A stretch of 47,417 nucleotides of DNA, taken from positions 1 through 47,417 of the forward strand of contig JBMORA010000061.1 of NCBI GenBank assembly GCA_049320885.1. The letters run 5' to 3'. Under the pieces are notes generated by a model, which was given only the letters and a program-made list of their open reading frames with translations, did not search any database and was not told the DNA's origin. How positions within the stretch are numbered: position 1 is the first letter of the stretch; every line of letters begins with the position of its first letter. This stretch comes from Thermodesulfobacteriota bacterium. Lineage in GTDB: Bacteria > Desulfobacterota > Desulfobacteria > Desulfobacterales > SURF-7. The position numbers were made by a program, and so were the translations under genes. Below, piece after piece: positions 29,443 to 37,728 of this stretch.

Positions 29443-30158
29443 GTCGCGGATACAGAGTTCAAAGGCGAACATTTCCAGAAGTTGAGAACATTGCACGCAT
29501 CCTTTCGGAATGCTACGGGGATCACGCGCACAACAACAAAATTAACCCGTTGAACGAATTGCTATTTATTGTTTGTAGCGTGCAAACGAACGAGAGACTT
29601 TACCAGTCCACATATTCGAGACTGAAAGCAAGATTCCCCACTTTTCGCCAACTCGCTGATGCGGAAGAAGATGAGATTGCCCCTATCATAGCCCACGGTG
29701 GACTTGCACGTCAAAAGGCTCAAAAGCTCCATGCAATTCTGGCTCGCGTGGAGGCCGATTTCAGGAGACCGACACTTTCACCATTGCGGGAAATGGACGA
29801 TGCTGAATGCGAAAGGTATCTGGTGTCCCTGCCCGGTATCGGGAAAAAAACAGCCCGTTGCGTGATGATGTACTCGCTGGGTCGTGACGTATTCCCCGTC
29901 GATTCGAACTGCTGGCGCATTTGTCGAAGGATAGGCTGGGTACGGGCAACTCGCCCAAACCGATCGTGCTCACCGCGAGACATGGATCGTGTCCAAGCGG
30001 GGGTTCCGCCAAAGCTTCGATTCAGCTTGCATGTGAATTTGATATCTCACGGTCGTGCATGTTGCTTGCCTTCAAAAGCGCTTTGTGACGAATGTTTGAT
30101 TTGGCAGTTCTGTAAAACGGGAAGCCGTCGGATGGTTCGTGGGGCTTCTGATGGCTGA
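29439..30158 (+). CDS. HhH-GPD DNA glycosylase (endonuclease III-like) with 4Fe-4S cluster
   Basis: HhH LVSLPGIGKKTA, catalytic FPVDSN, C-x6-C-x2-C-x5-C (CLPSKALCDECLIWQFC); ATG overlaps the methylase stop (ATGA). Confidence 0.9.
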   Translation: MSRGYRVQRRTFPEVENIARILSECYGDHAHNNKINPLNELLFIVCSVQTNERLYQSTYSRLKARFPTFRQLADAEEDEIAPIIAHGGLARQKAQKLHAILARVEADFRRPTLSPLREMDDAECERYLVSLPGIGKKTARCVMMYSLGRDVFPVDSNCWRICRRIGWVRATRPNRSCSPRDMDRVQAGVPPKLRFSLHVNLISHGRACCLPSKALCDECLIWQFCKTGSRRMVRGASDG

Positions 30159-30253
30159 TGGCAGATGGCCTGATGCGATGGCCAGTCGGACCGAGGCAAC
30201 AGTAAGAGTTTATAGGAAATGAATGATTAATCAGGGCCGTTTTTCACGCATAG

Positions 30254-30285
30254 AACCGCCTTTTGGGGGTGAAAAGGGCGGTTTA
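30254..30285. terminator. Hairpin after the DISARM-like operon (possible terminator)
   Basis: AACCGCCTTTT...AAAAGGGCGGTT imperfect inverted repeat; U-tract is short. Confidence 0.4.
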
Positions 30286-30430
30286 AGAAAGGGCAGGGAA
30301 GAAAATCGTCTGCTTTTAAATGAAGGGAATCTATTGGGCTAGAATTACGATATGAAACTCAAAAATGACAAAGAATATAACTCAGAAAATTCGATACTCC
30401 GATGAATCTATGTTTATATAAGGAAAAACT

Positions 30431-33061
30431 ATGAGTAGATATTGTGGAAAAAAAGATTCAGCAGGCACCTTGGCGGCAGCGGAACATTGGCGCCAAAAAT
30501 GTTTATTAGAAGATGGATCTGTATTGACGGAAAAATCTCTTTGGAAACAAGAGAACTTTGAGGAAATTGATAAACATGTTGTTAATCAACCCAATGAAGG
30601 TGAGGGTAATTTTTTTGAAAAGCTCGAAGCGCAACTTATTTCGACAAAGCCAGAGATCAAACAGTTAACTGCTGAGATTCTCTGGGTTATGTTTTTATGT
30701 CCAAGTAATATCAGCCCAGGAAAGAAACGCGAAGGTTTCCAAACGATCTGGAACTGGTCCGAGGAGAGTTACCCACAAGATACGAAGTGGTTAAAAAACG
30801 ATTACCTTTCAGGAGTTGGAAGCGCAGGTACAGGGTATAATACAAACAGATGGCGTGAGCTGTCATTTTTTATCCGAGTCATGATCGCCATTAAAAAACT
30901 TTCGAAATCGGAGCTGTCCAAGCTGCTCGGGGATGGGTGGTTATTCGCGCAATGGATGCAGGAAATACCCGAGTGTGATGCGCGACAATTTCGGCATATG
31001 TTGCTTTTTATGCTGTTCCCGGACAGTTTCGAGCGAATCTTTGGGGGTAAAGATCGCCGGAAAATACTTGCCAGTTTTACTGGTAAAACAAACAGTCAAA
31101 TCAGTGCGTTAAAATCAGCAGAAATTGATAGAGAATTGGCCTCAATAAGGCAACAGCAGGAACATACCTATGGGTTATCCGAAATGGATTTTTACGAGCC
31201 ACCGCTGAGAGACCTTTGGGGGGAGGCAAGAAATGTTTCCTGGCTATTAACTTGGAATCCAAATGTCTGGAAATGGGAACGCCTGCCAGAAGATAGAGCC
31301 GCTACACGTGAAGGTAAAACGGTCACGATGAAGTGGACTTGCTTAAATCAGAATGCCGCCGTAGGTGACAACGCCTATCTTATGAGGTTAGGTACCTCAC
31401 CAAAAGGGATAATTGCGTTTGGTAATATTGTAACAGCCCCATATAAAGACAGTCACTACAATGAAGACAAGGCCGATGCGGGTCAAACCTCATGGTATGT
31501 AGATGTCGCTTTTTCTCGGATCCAGGATCCATTGAAGAATGATCCCTACATTACAAATGAAGACCTGAATAAAATAACCGTCGACAATCAAGCCTGGTCT
31601 CCTCCAGCGTCCGGCATAGAAATCAAACACCGCTCAGCCGGTATTTTGAAAAAACTTTGGGAAAAGGCGGTTGGAAGCACCATCCAACCCGTTGACGAAA
31701 AAAGTACCCCGGGTATTTCAGAACCCCTAAATCTCATCCTTTATGGGCCGCCCGGTACCGGCAAAACATACCAGCTTCGAAAATTTATGGAGCGTTACAC
31801 CGGCAAAAAGCAAAAAATCGGCCGGGAGGCATGGCTGATTCAGCAACTAATGGATCTCCGATGGTTTGATGCCATATTTGCCGCATTGTATGACATTGGA
31901 ACAAAAGGCAAAGTAACGGATATCGTCAATCATGAATTTATTCGACTAAAGGCGAGGGCGCTGGGGCGCCAGCGGAACGTTGCCCAGACTGTTTGGGGAA
32001 CCCTTCAAGCCCATAGCCGCGAAGATTCTCAGACCGTCCAATATAAGAACAGACGCGCACCGAGAGTATTCGATAAGACGCAAGACAGTATTTGGGCACT
32101 GACGGATGATTGGCAGGAAGAATGCTCCGAACAAGTGGAGCTTGCCAAAACGCTCCGGCAGGGACCCAAAGAGGCGTCAGCGATCCAGCGTTATGAATTC
32201 GTCACATTCCATCAGGCTTACAGTTATGAAGATTTTGTTGAGGGCATACGCCCGGTGCATGATGAAGAAGCCGGTGAGTTTTCATATCTGGTGGTACCGG
32301 GTGTATTTCAGCGTATCGCACAGAAAGCAAAGGCCGATCCTGAACAAAAATACGCCATTTTTATCGATGAAATCAATCGCGGGAATATCGCTAAAATATT
32401 CGGTGAGCTGATTACACTAATCGAGGCAGATAAAAGGGCGGTGTATGCAGAGAACGGGGAGAAACTCGCGGGTATGGAACTGACGCTCCCTTATTCCGGG
32501 AGAATGTTCGGTGTACCGAAAAATTTGGATGTATATGGTACGATGAACACGGCGGACCGTTCCATTGCCTTGTTGGACACCGCGTTACGCCGCAGATTTA
32601 CTTTTAAGGAACTTATGCCGGATGTCGGTGTTATCAGTGGTTCCAGTGGTGACGGGTATATCGAGGATGGTGATGGGGGCACCATAAACCTGCGGGCAAT
32701 GCTGGATGCAATGAACCGGCGGATCCGCTTTTTGCTCAACCGTGACATGACCCTGGGCCATGCTTACCTCACCAATGTCCGTGATTTTGCCGGTCTGCAA
32801 AATGTCCTCTTAAACCAGATCATTCCCTTGCTTCAGGAATATTTTTATGGTGACTGGCATCGAATACAGCTTGTATTTCGTGATGTTGGGCCGGCAGGTG
32901 AGAAGCTTGAGCCTCAAATTATCTGTCACCAACCCATGAATGAAAAGGAGATACTGGGATTTGATCATGAAGATTACGAGGATCTGATTGAGTACCGGGT
33001 AGCTCCCCGTGAAGAGATAATTCCGGATTCAGTGCGTAAGATCTTCGAGGGGGGCGCCTGA
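30431..33061 (+). CDS. mcrB: McrB-family AAA+ GTPase with N-terminal extension and EVE/PUA-like domain
   Basis: YGPPGTGKT, FVTFHQAYSYEDFVEGIRP, IDEINRGN, GTMNTADRSIA, ALRRRF, PLLQEYFY; the SWLLTWNPNVWKW...GDNAYLMRLG..PKGIIAFG segment resembles EVE. Confidence 0.88.
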   Translation: MSRYCGKKDSAGTLAAAEHWRQKCLLEDGSVLTEKSLWKQENFEEIDKHVVNQPNEGEGNFFEKLEAQLISTKPEIKQLTAEILWVMFLCPSNISPGKKREGFQTIWNWSEESYPQDTKWLKNDYLSGVGSAGTGYNTNRWRELSFFIRVMIAIKKLSKSELSKLLGDGWLFAQWMQEIPECDARQFRHMLLFMLFPDSFERIFGGKDRRKILASFTGKTNSQISALKSAEIDRELASIRQQQEHTYGLSEMDFYEPPLRDLWGEARNVSWLLTWNPNVWKWERLPEDRAATREGKTVTMKWTCLNQNAAVGDNAYLMRLGTSPKGIIAFGNIVTAPYKDSHYNEDKADAGQTSWYVDVAFSRIQDPLKNDPYITNEDLNKITVDNQAWSPPASGIEIKHRSAGILKKLWEKAVGSTIQPVDEKSTPGISEPLNLILYGPPGTGKTYQLRKFMERYTGKKQKIGREAWLIQQLMDLRWFDAIFAALYDIGTKGKVTDIVNHEFIRLKARALGRQRNVAQTVWGTLQAHSREDSQTVQYKNRRAPRVFDKTQDSIWALTDDWQEECSEQVELAKTLRQGPKEASAIQRYEFVTFHQAYSYEDFVEGIRPVHDEEAGEFSYLVVPGVFQRIAQKAKADPEQKYAIFIDEINRGNIAKIFGELITLIEADKRAVYAENGEKLAGMELTLPYSGRMFGVPKNLDVYGTMNTADRSIALLDTALRRRFTFKELMPDVGVISGSSGDGYIEDGDGGTINLRAMLDAMNRRIRFLLNRDMTLGHAYLTNVRDFAGLQNVLLNQIIPLLQEYFYGDWHRIQLVFRDVGPAGEKLEPQIICHQPMNEKEILGFDHEDYEDLIEYRVAPREEIIPDSVRKIFEGGA

Positions 33062-33063
33062 TC

Positions 33064-34272
33064 GTGGAATCCATCGTGCTCATTGAACATGAGGCCTTGC
33101 CGATACTCCCGGAAAGATCCAAGGGACAAAAGGCTCTCTCCATTGAGCATGCCGATGCGTTAGGAAGGCTGGAGAAAAAGCTTCCTTCGCAGACCTTCAC
33201 ATGGGGCAATCGCTCGGTAAAATTCGCGCAATACTGCGGCGTAATCTCGCTTGGCAACCTGACCTTAGAAATCCTACCAAAAATATATGGCAAAGAGACC
33301 GAACCTGGCGAATGTAGAAAAGCGTTGGTTAAAATGCTGGTAAAAGCCAAGAAGATAAAACCCCAACGCGGAGGCTGTGCCAGCATCGCCCTTCAAAAAC
33401 ACGCCTTGCTGGATATTTTTATCCTCAATTTTTGTGAGTTGCTTCACGGCGAACTCATGCAGGGTATGATTCAGCATTATATCGAACGCAATGAAAACCT
33501 GAATATCCTGCGCGGGCGACTGCGGACAGAAAAACAATTCAAATACAACCTCACCCACAAAGAGCGCTTGTACTGCCAGTATGATGAACTGAGAATCAAC
33601 AATCCCCACAATCAGGTTATCAAGTTCGTCTTGAAACTGATGATGAGATTGCCAGCAGGGGCGATGGCAAAAAAACAACTTGCCGAACTTCTCATGCGCT
33701 TTGATGCCGTCAGTGATGTAGATGCTACCCTTCAGATAATCGACGGTTTGACTTTCAACCGCGTCACTTGCCGGTATGAGCCAATATTTGAACAATGTCG
33801 ATGGTTTTTGCAGGGACTATATCCGGATGTTTTTGCTGGCCAGGAAAGCTGCATATCGCTGCTATTCGATATGAATCGGCTTTTTGAATCGTATGTCGCC
33901 GGCGTGATGAGAAAGGAAGCCTGGAAAGAAGAACAGCGACTCTTGGAGAGCGGATGCCAGAAATTCATGGTGTTGAGAAATGACCGGAACGAACCGCTAT
34001 TTCTGATGAAGCCTGATATGGTCTTTCTGGATAGGAGTGACCGGATCATCCGAATTGCTGATGCAAAATGGAAAATGCTTGACGATCGCGAAAAAAAACT
34101 TGGCATTTCCCAAGCCGACCTTTACCAGATGGCCAGCTATTCAATGCGCTACGGTATCGAACAATTGGTTTTGGTATACCCCAAACAACAATGGCTAAAA
34201 GACAAGATAGACCTGCAGCTCCAAGGTAAAACTGCGACAATTCAAGTTATTCCTATTGATGTAATGGCGTGA
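33064..34272 (+). CDS. mcrC: McrC-family PD-(D/E)xK nuclease subunit
   Basis: YCGVI...LEILPKI, LLFDMNRLFESYV, KPDM...ADAKWK, ADLYQMASY, LVYP; 2 bp after mcrB. Confidence 0.9.
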   Translation: MESIVLIEHEALPILPERSKGQKALSIEHADALGRLEKKLPSQTFTWGNRSVKFAQYCGVISLGNLTLEILPKIYGKETEPGECRKALVKMLVKAKKIKPQRGGCASIALQKHALLDIFILNFCELLHGELMQGMIQHYIERNENLNILRGRLRTEKQFKYNLTHKERLYCQYDELRINNPHNQVIKFVLKLMMRLPAGAMAKKQLAELLMRFDAVSDVDATLQIIDGLTFNRVTCRYEPIFEQCRWFLQGLYPDVFAGQESCISLLFDMNRLFESYVAGVMRKEAWKEEQRLLESGCQKFMVLRNDRNEPLFLMKPDMVFLDRSDRIIRIADAKWKMLDDREKKLGISQADLYQMASYSMRYGIEQLVLVYPKQQWLKDKIDLQLQGKTATIQVIPIDVMA

Positions 34273-34306
34273 AGGACGAAATGAAGAAAGAATAAAGGGA
34301 AATATC

Positions 34307-34392
34307 CTGAAGGCAATTTCAATCCGGCAGCCTGGGCATGGCTGATCATTCACGGCGGCAAGGGCATCGAAAACCGGACGTGGAAAATATAG
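34307..34392 (+). pseudogene. ASCH-domain gene remnant
   Basis: Restoring one base at CAG CC-TGG gives KAISIRQPWAWLIIHGGKGIENRTWK, the ASCH N-terminal signature, followed shortly by a stop. Confidence 0.7.
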
Positions 34393-34430
34393 ATAAGATT
34401 GCCGGTTTCAAAGGATCGACCAGGTGCGGA

Positions 34431-35846
34431 ATGCAAATAAAAGATTTATTGACAGAGTATGATGAGAGCATTGAGGCGAATGCTTATAGAGATCCGATGG
34501 GGCTGCAAATCATTTGGTCAGCGGTTGGACAGAACATTTTCGGGAGAAACCTTACGTCGATTTCAAACGATTTGCGAAATTTCAATATCAATCTATTTAA
34601 CCATTGGATTGTAAAAGATCTTTCGGAAGGTGACCATTCTATTCAACTGAATAGGAAAACGAAAGCGATCGATTCTGAAATTGCCTTGAAAACCGGCCTG
34701 ATCATATTTTTGGAAAATCTATTGATCTATATTTTTGTCGAAAGCGGCAAGGATAGCAGAGGATTGCTTGGAACGCAGAAAGCCAGAAACATGCTGTCGG
34801 CCGCAAAGAGACAGGCGAATCCGAAGCCAGTGATCATTTCAGTGCATGTCTCTGAACATGAAATCCTGACTCGCCAAATCTCTTTGGGGGTCAATGGCCG
34901 GTATCGGACGCCATTTATTGAAGCGGGGCTGATGGATAAATATTATAATTACGCTCCGTATGGTAGTGCTTGGAAAGAAGTCGATCTATTGTTCCAGGGG
35001 AATAGTTATGGGGCGCTGGCTGGTATGGTAAAAGAGCTCGTACAAAAGCTTTTTGAAGACCCGCAAAATGATAAAATCCCTCAAATTGAACTAAACACGG
35101 TTTTTTCGGATAAAGAGATAACCGATTTATATCTGAGTTGTTTCGACGAAAAAATGAGAGCGATGAAAGATCGGTTTCTTGGATTCTGGCGTAAACGGCT
35201 CAAGCTGGAGGGGGGCACGACTGCCGGCGTTCTGTATGAATCCGTACAACGGGTGATTGGGCAGAATCGCGAAACCGATCTGAATACAAAATCGGAACCG
35301 GTAATCAAACAGGTAATAGATGAAGCCTTGAGAGATCCGGAGCTCACAGATGAGCATGGATCCAGGATCGATGACATTAAAAAACTGGAGCCATTTCTCG
35401 TATCGATAAATTTCTTGTTCAAGATGATTTGCGCAAAAGACATAAAGATTGTGGAAGATCTTCAAATAGCTCTGGATCGCATCAAAGACATGGCCGGTGA
35501 GCCTATTGATATCCTTCTAAGATTAAAAGTTCAGGCAGAAACCGCGTCCGCGGTATGTAAAAAGATAAGCGGCGACAGCAGTGAGCGTTTGCAACAGCTT
35601 GTTGGAATTGATTTTAGCAATCTCACCCAGTGCATACAAGGAATTCAAAAATATCATGGCCTTGTGATGGAACGGCGGGGGAACAACGCCTGGTTCAGTT
35701 TCGACGGCATGAACATCAAACACAATGTTCGAGAATATACAACGGAATCAATCAGATTGGCAGAATGGGAAAACAGCTATTATATATATTCGCTAATCTC
35801 GCTATGCCGCGGTATGGAGGACTTAAATCGTGAGGCTTCTGAGTAA
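34431..35846 (+). CDS. Hypothetical protein, first gene of a 3-gene PLD-helicase putative defence operon
   Basis: 471 aa from ATG 34431; RDPMGLQIIWS...NLTSIS and LGVNGRYRTP motifs recall genes found before PLD+helicase pairs; overlaps the next gene. Confidence 0.65.
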   Translation: MQIKDLLTEYDESIEANAYRDPMGLQIIWSAVGQNIFGRNLTSISNDLRNFNINLFNHWIVKDLSEGDHSIQLNRKTKAIDSEIALKTGLIIFLENLLIYIFVESGKDSRGLLGTQKARNMLSAAKRQANPKPVIISVHVSEHEILTRQISLGVNGRYRTPFIEAGLMDKYYNYAPYGSAWKEVDLLFQGNSYGALAGMVKELVQKLFEDPQNDKIPQIELNTVFSDKEITDLYLSCFDEKMRAMKDRFLGFWRKRLKLEGGTTAGVLYESVQRVIGQNRETDLNTKSEPVIKQVIDEALRDPELTDEHGSRIDDIKKLEPFLVSINFLFKMICAKDIKIVEDLQIALDRIKDMAGEPIDILLRLKVQAETASAVCKKISGDSSERLQQLVGIDFSNLTQCIQGIQKYHGLVMERRGNNAWFSFDGMNIKHNVREYTTESIRLAEWENSYYIYSLISLCRGMEDLNREASE

Positions 35847-37728
35847 ATTTCGCCATCAAATCAATGAACTGCAAAAGCATAGTCCTATCCGGCAGGCCTG
35901 GTTTACCTCTTTCAATTTGAGCCCTCATTTTGTTGAAACCTATATTCTGCAAGCCATTGCCGGTCAAAATGAAAAACTGTCCTCTGTTGCCGATTATGAA
36001 GTCCTGCAGCAACGATTACTGGAGCAGAATATCGATATCCGGTTTTTTTCAGATGCCGCAGCCATTGACTCAAGCGAGCCCAAAAGGACATCGTTCAATT
36101 TTCATATGATCAATCCCAGACAACTGGATGCAAAATATGCCAAAGGCGTTTTTCATCCAAAGGTAATTTTTTTGCGGACCGAGGACGGCGTGGCGGTTGT
36201 CGGCGCTGGATCCGCGAATTTGACCATGTCCGGATGGGGCCGCAATCGTGAGGTTTTTCAGTTCAAGAGAATTAATGACACCAATAACAGTGAGCGCGTT
36301 TTGGATTTTTTTAAAATCTTATTTCAACATTTTGATATTGATTTCCCCGAAATCAATATCAAAACGCAAAATACGGGCGAATCGGTGCTGGCTCCGGATT
36401 GGCTGTTTTTGTCGTCTTTAAACGACGACCGGTTATTCGATCATTTAAAAGACCAAGAAGGTGAAGCGCTGTCTGTCTGGTCGCCCTATTTTTCGGAAGA
36501 CCTGGTCGGTTTCAAAAGAAATCACATTGATCCTGCATTCAACCGGAAAGTCAGACTGGTCGTTTATCCGGATATTGTAACGCAAAATAATCTGGAGCAA
36601 GTCCGCATACCCGACACTCCGGAAAACCGCATGAAATTATCCGAATGCGAGGATATTGTGTTCAGGAAAATGCTTTATGATGACGCGGATATTCCCATAG
36701 CGATGACACACGCGAAGATCTGGCATGTCGGCCGGCGTATGGCTATCGGATCATGGAATTGCACCCAGGCAGGCACCAATGTTCATCTGGAGGACACGAG
36801 CGCCGGAAATAATGTCGAAGCCGGAATTTTGTTGATGAATGAAACGCCGGAAGGCCTGGAGTCGGAAGAAATCCTGAAGGAGAAGTGTTTGATGCCGGCC
36901 GATCAATTAAAGGAGGAGCAAGAGGATTTACCGAAAGATCAGGAAAGACTCCCTTTTTTTATTGCGGTATGTTTCGACTGGCAATCCCGGTCATATAAGG
37001 TTTCGGTAAAGGATGTACCCGTGAATGAAGATTGGCGGTTGTCGCTGCCAGGTAAAAAAAAGACGGTCTCCATTGAATCTTTAAAAGACGAGAAGACAAT
37101 AATCAAGGAAGTAGACATTAAACCTCTATTAACACATCGAACATATACGATCGAGAATATCGATAAACAGCAAAAATATTTCGGCCTTATAATAGAGAAG
37201 GGTGTAATGGAGCGCCCGCCCCACCAGTTTGAAAGCTTGGTCGATTTGTTTGATGCATGGAATGATGGCAGACCGCAAAAAAATACAGCGGCACATACGT
37301 TGCGGGCTGCTTCCGGAAGCGAAGGGCTGGAAGAAATCGGCGGAGAAATTGCCCATGCCGAATCGGATCATCCGGATTATTTCAGGATGTTTCGCGCGTT
37401 TCAGAATATGCGCGATAAACTGGACCAGGAAAATGATGAGGATGAACTCAGACGGCTGATACAGGTATACCCTGGCTGCCTGATGGAGACGGGGGAAAAA
37501 ATCCGCGCTATTCTGCAGCAATCCGAGTTTTCTCAAGTATTCCGGTGGATGCTTAAAATGGAATATCAGACGCTGTTACAGAAGGCGCGGGACTGCGCCG
37601 GGACTTCGGAGAAAATTGACTGGAAAGCGCTATCAATGAAAGATCAGGATGTTCGGATCGATAATACGGACAAGCGTATCTTGGATTTGGTGATCAAGCT
37701 TGGAAAGTACGACAGGAGCGCTGTATGA
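35830..37728 (+). CDS. Phospholipase D-superfamily (nuclease-like) protein with two HxK motifs
   Basis: TSFNL, FHPKVIFL...GSANLTMSGW, SPYFS, THAKIW...IGSWNCT, NVEAG. Confidence 0.85.
   Translation: MRLLSKFRHQINELQKHSPIRQAWFTSFNLSPHFVETYILQAIAGQNEKLSSVADYEVLQQRLLEQNIDIRFFSDAAAIDSSEPKRTSFNFHMINPRQLDAKYAKGVFHPKVIFLRTEDGVAVVGAGSANLTMSGWGRNREVFQFKRINDTNNSERVLDFFKILFQHFDIDFPEINIKTQNTGESVLAPDWLFLSSLNDDRLFDHLKDQEGEALSVWSPYFSEDLVGFKRNHIDPAFNRKVRLVVYPDIVTQNNLEQVRIPDTPENRMKLSECEDIVFRKMLYDDADIPIAMTHAKIWHVGRRMAIGSWNCTQAGTNVHLEDTSAGNNVEAGILLMNETPEGLESEEILKEKCLMPADQLKEEQEDLPKDQERLPFFIAVCFDWQSRSYKVSVKDVPVNEDWRLSLPGKKKTVSIESLKDEKTIIKEVDIKPLLTHRTYTIENIDKQQKYFGLIIEKGVMERPPHQFESLVDLFDAWNDGRPQKNTAAHTLRAASGSEGLEEIGGEIAHAESDHPDYFRMFRAFQNMRDKLDQENDEDELRRLIQVYPGCLMETGEKIRAILQQSEFSQVFRWMLKMEYQTLLQKARDCAGTSEKIDWKALSMKDQDVRIDNTDKRILDLVIKLGKYDRSAV

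Noticed and set aside
30148..30183. CTGATGG-like heptamer repeats at the end of the glycosylase gene
   Set aside because: Only a few degenerate units; no supportable function
35830..37728. PLD gene as the missing DISARM drmC
   Set aside because: Much larger than DrmC, 5.7 kb from the operon and coupled to its own helicase and upstream gene
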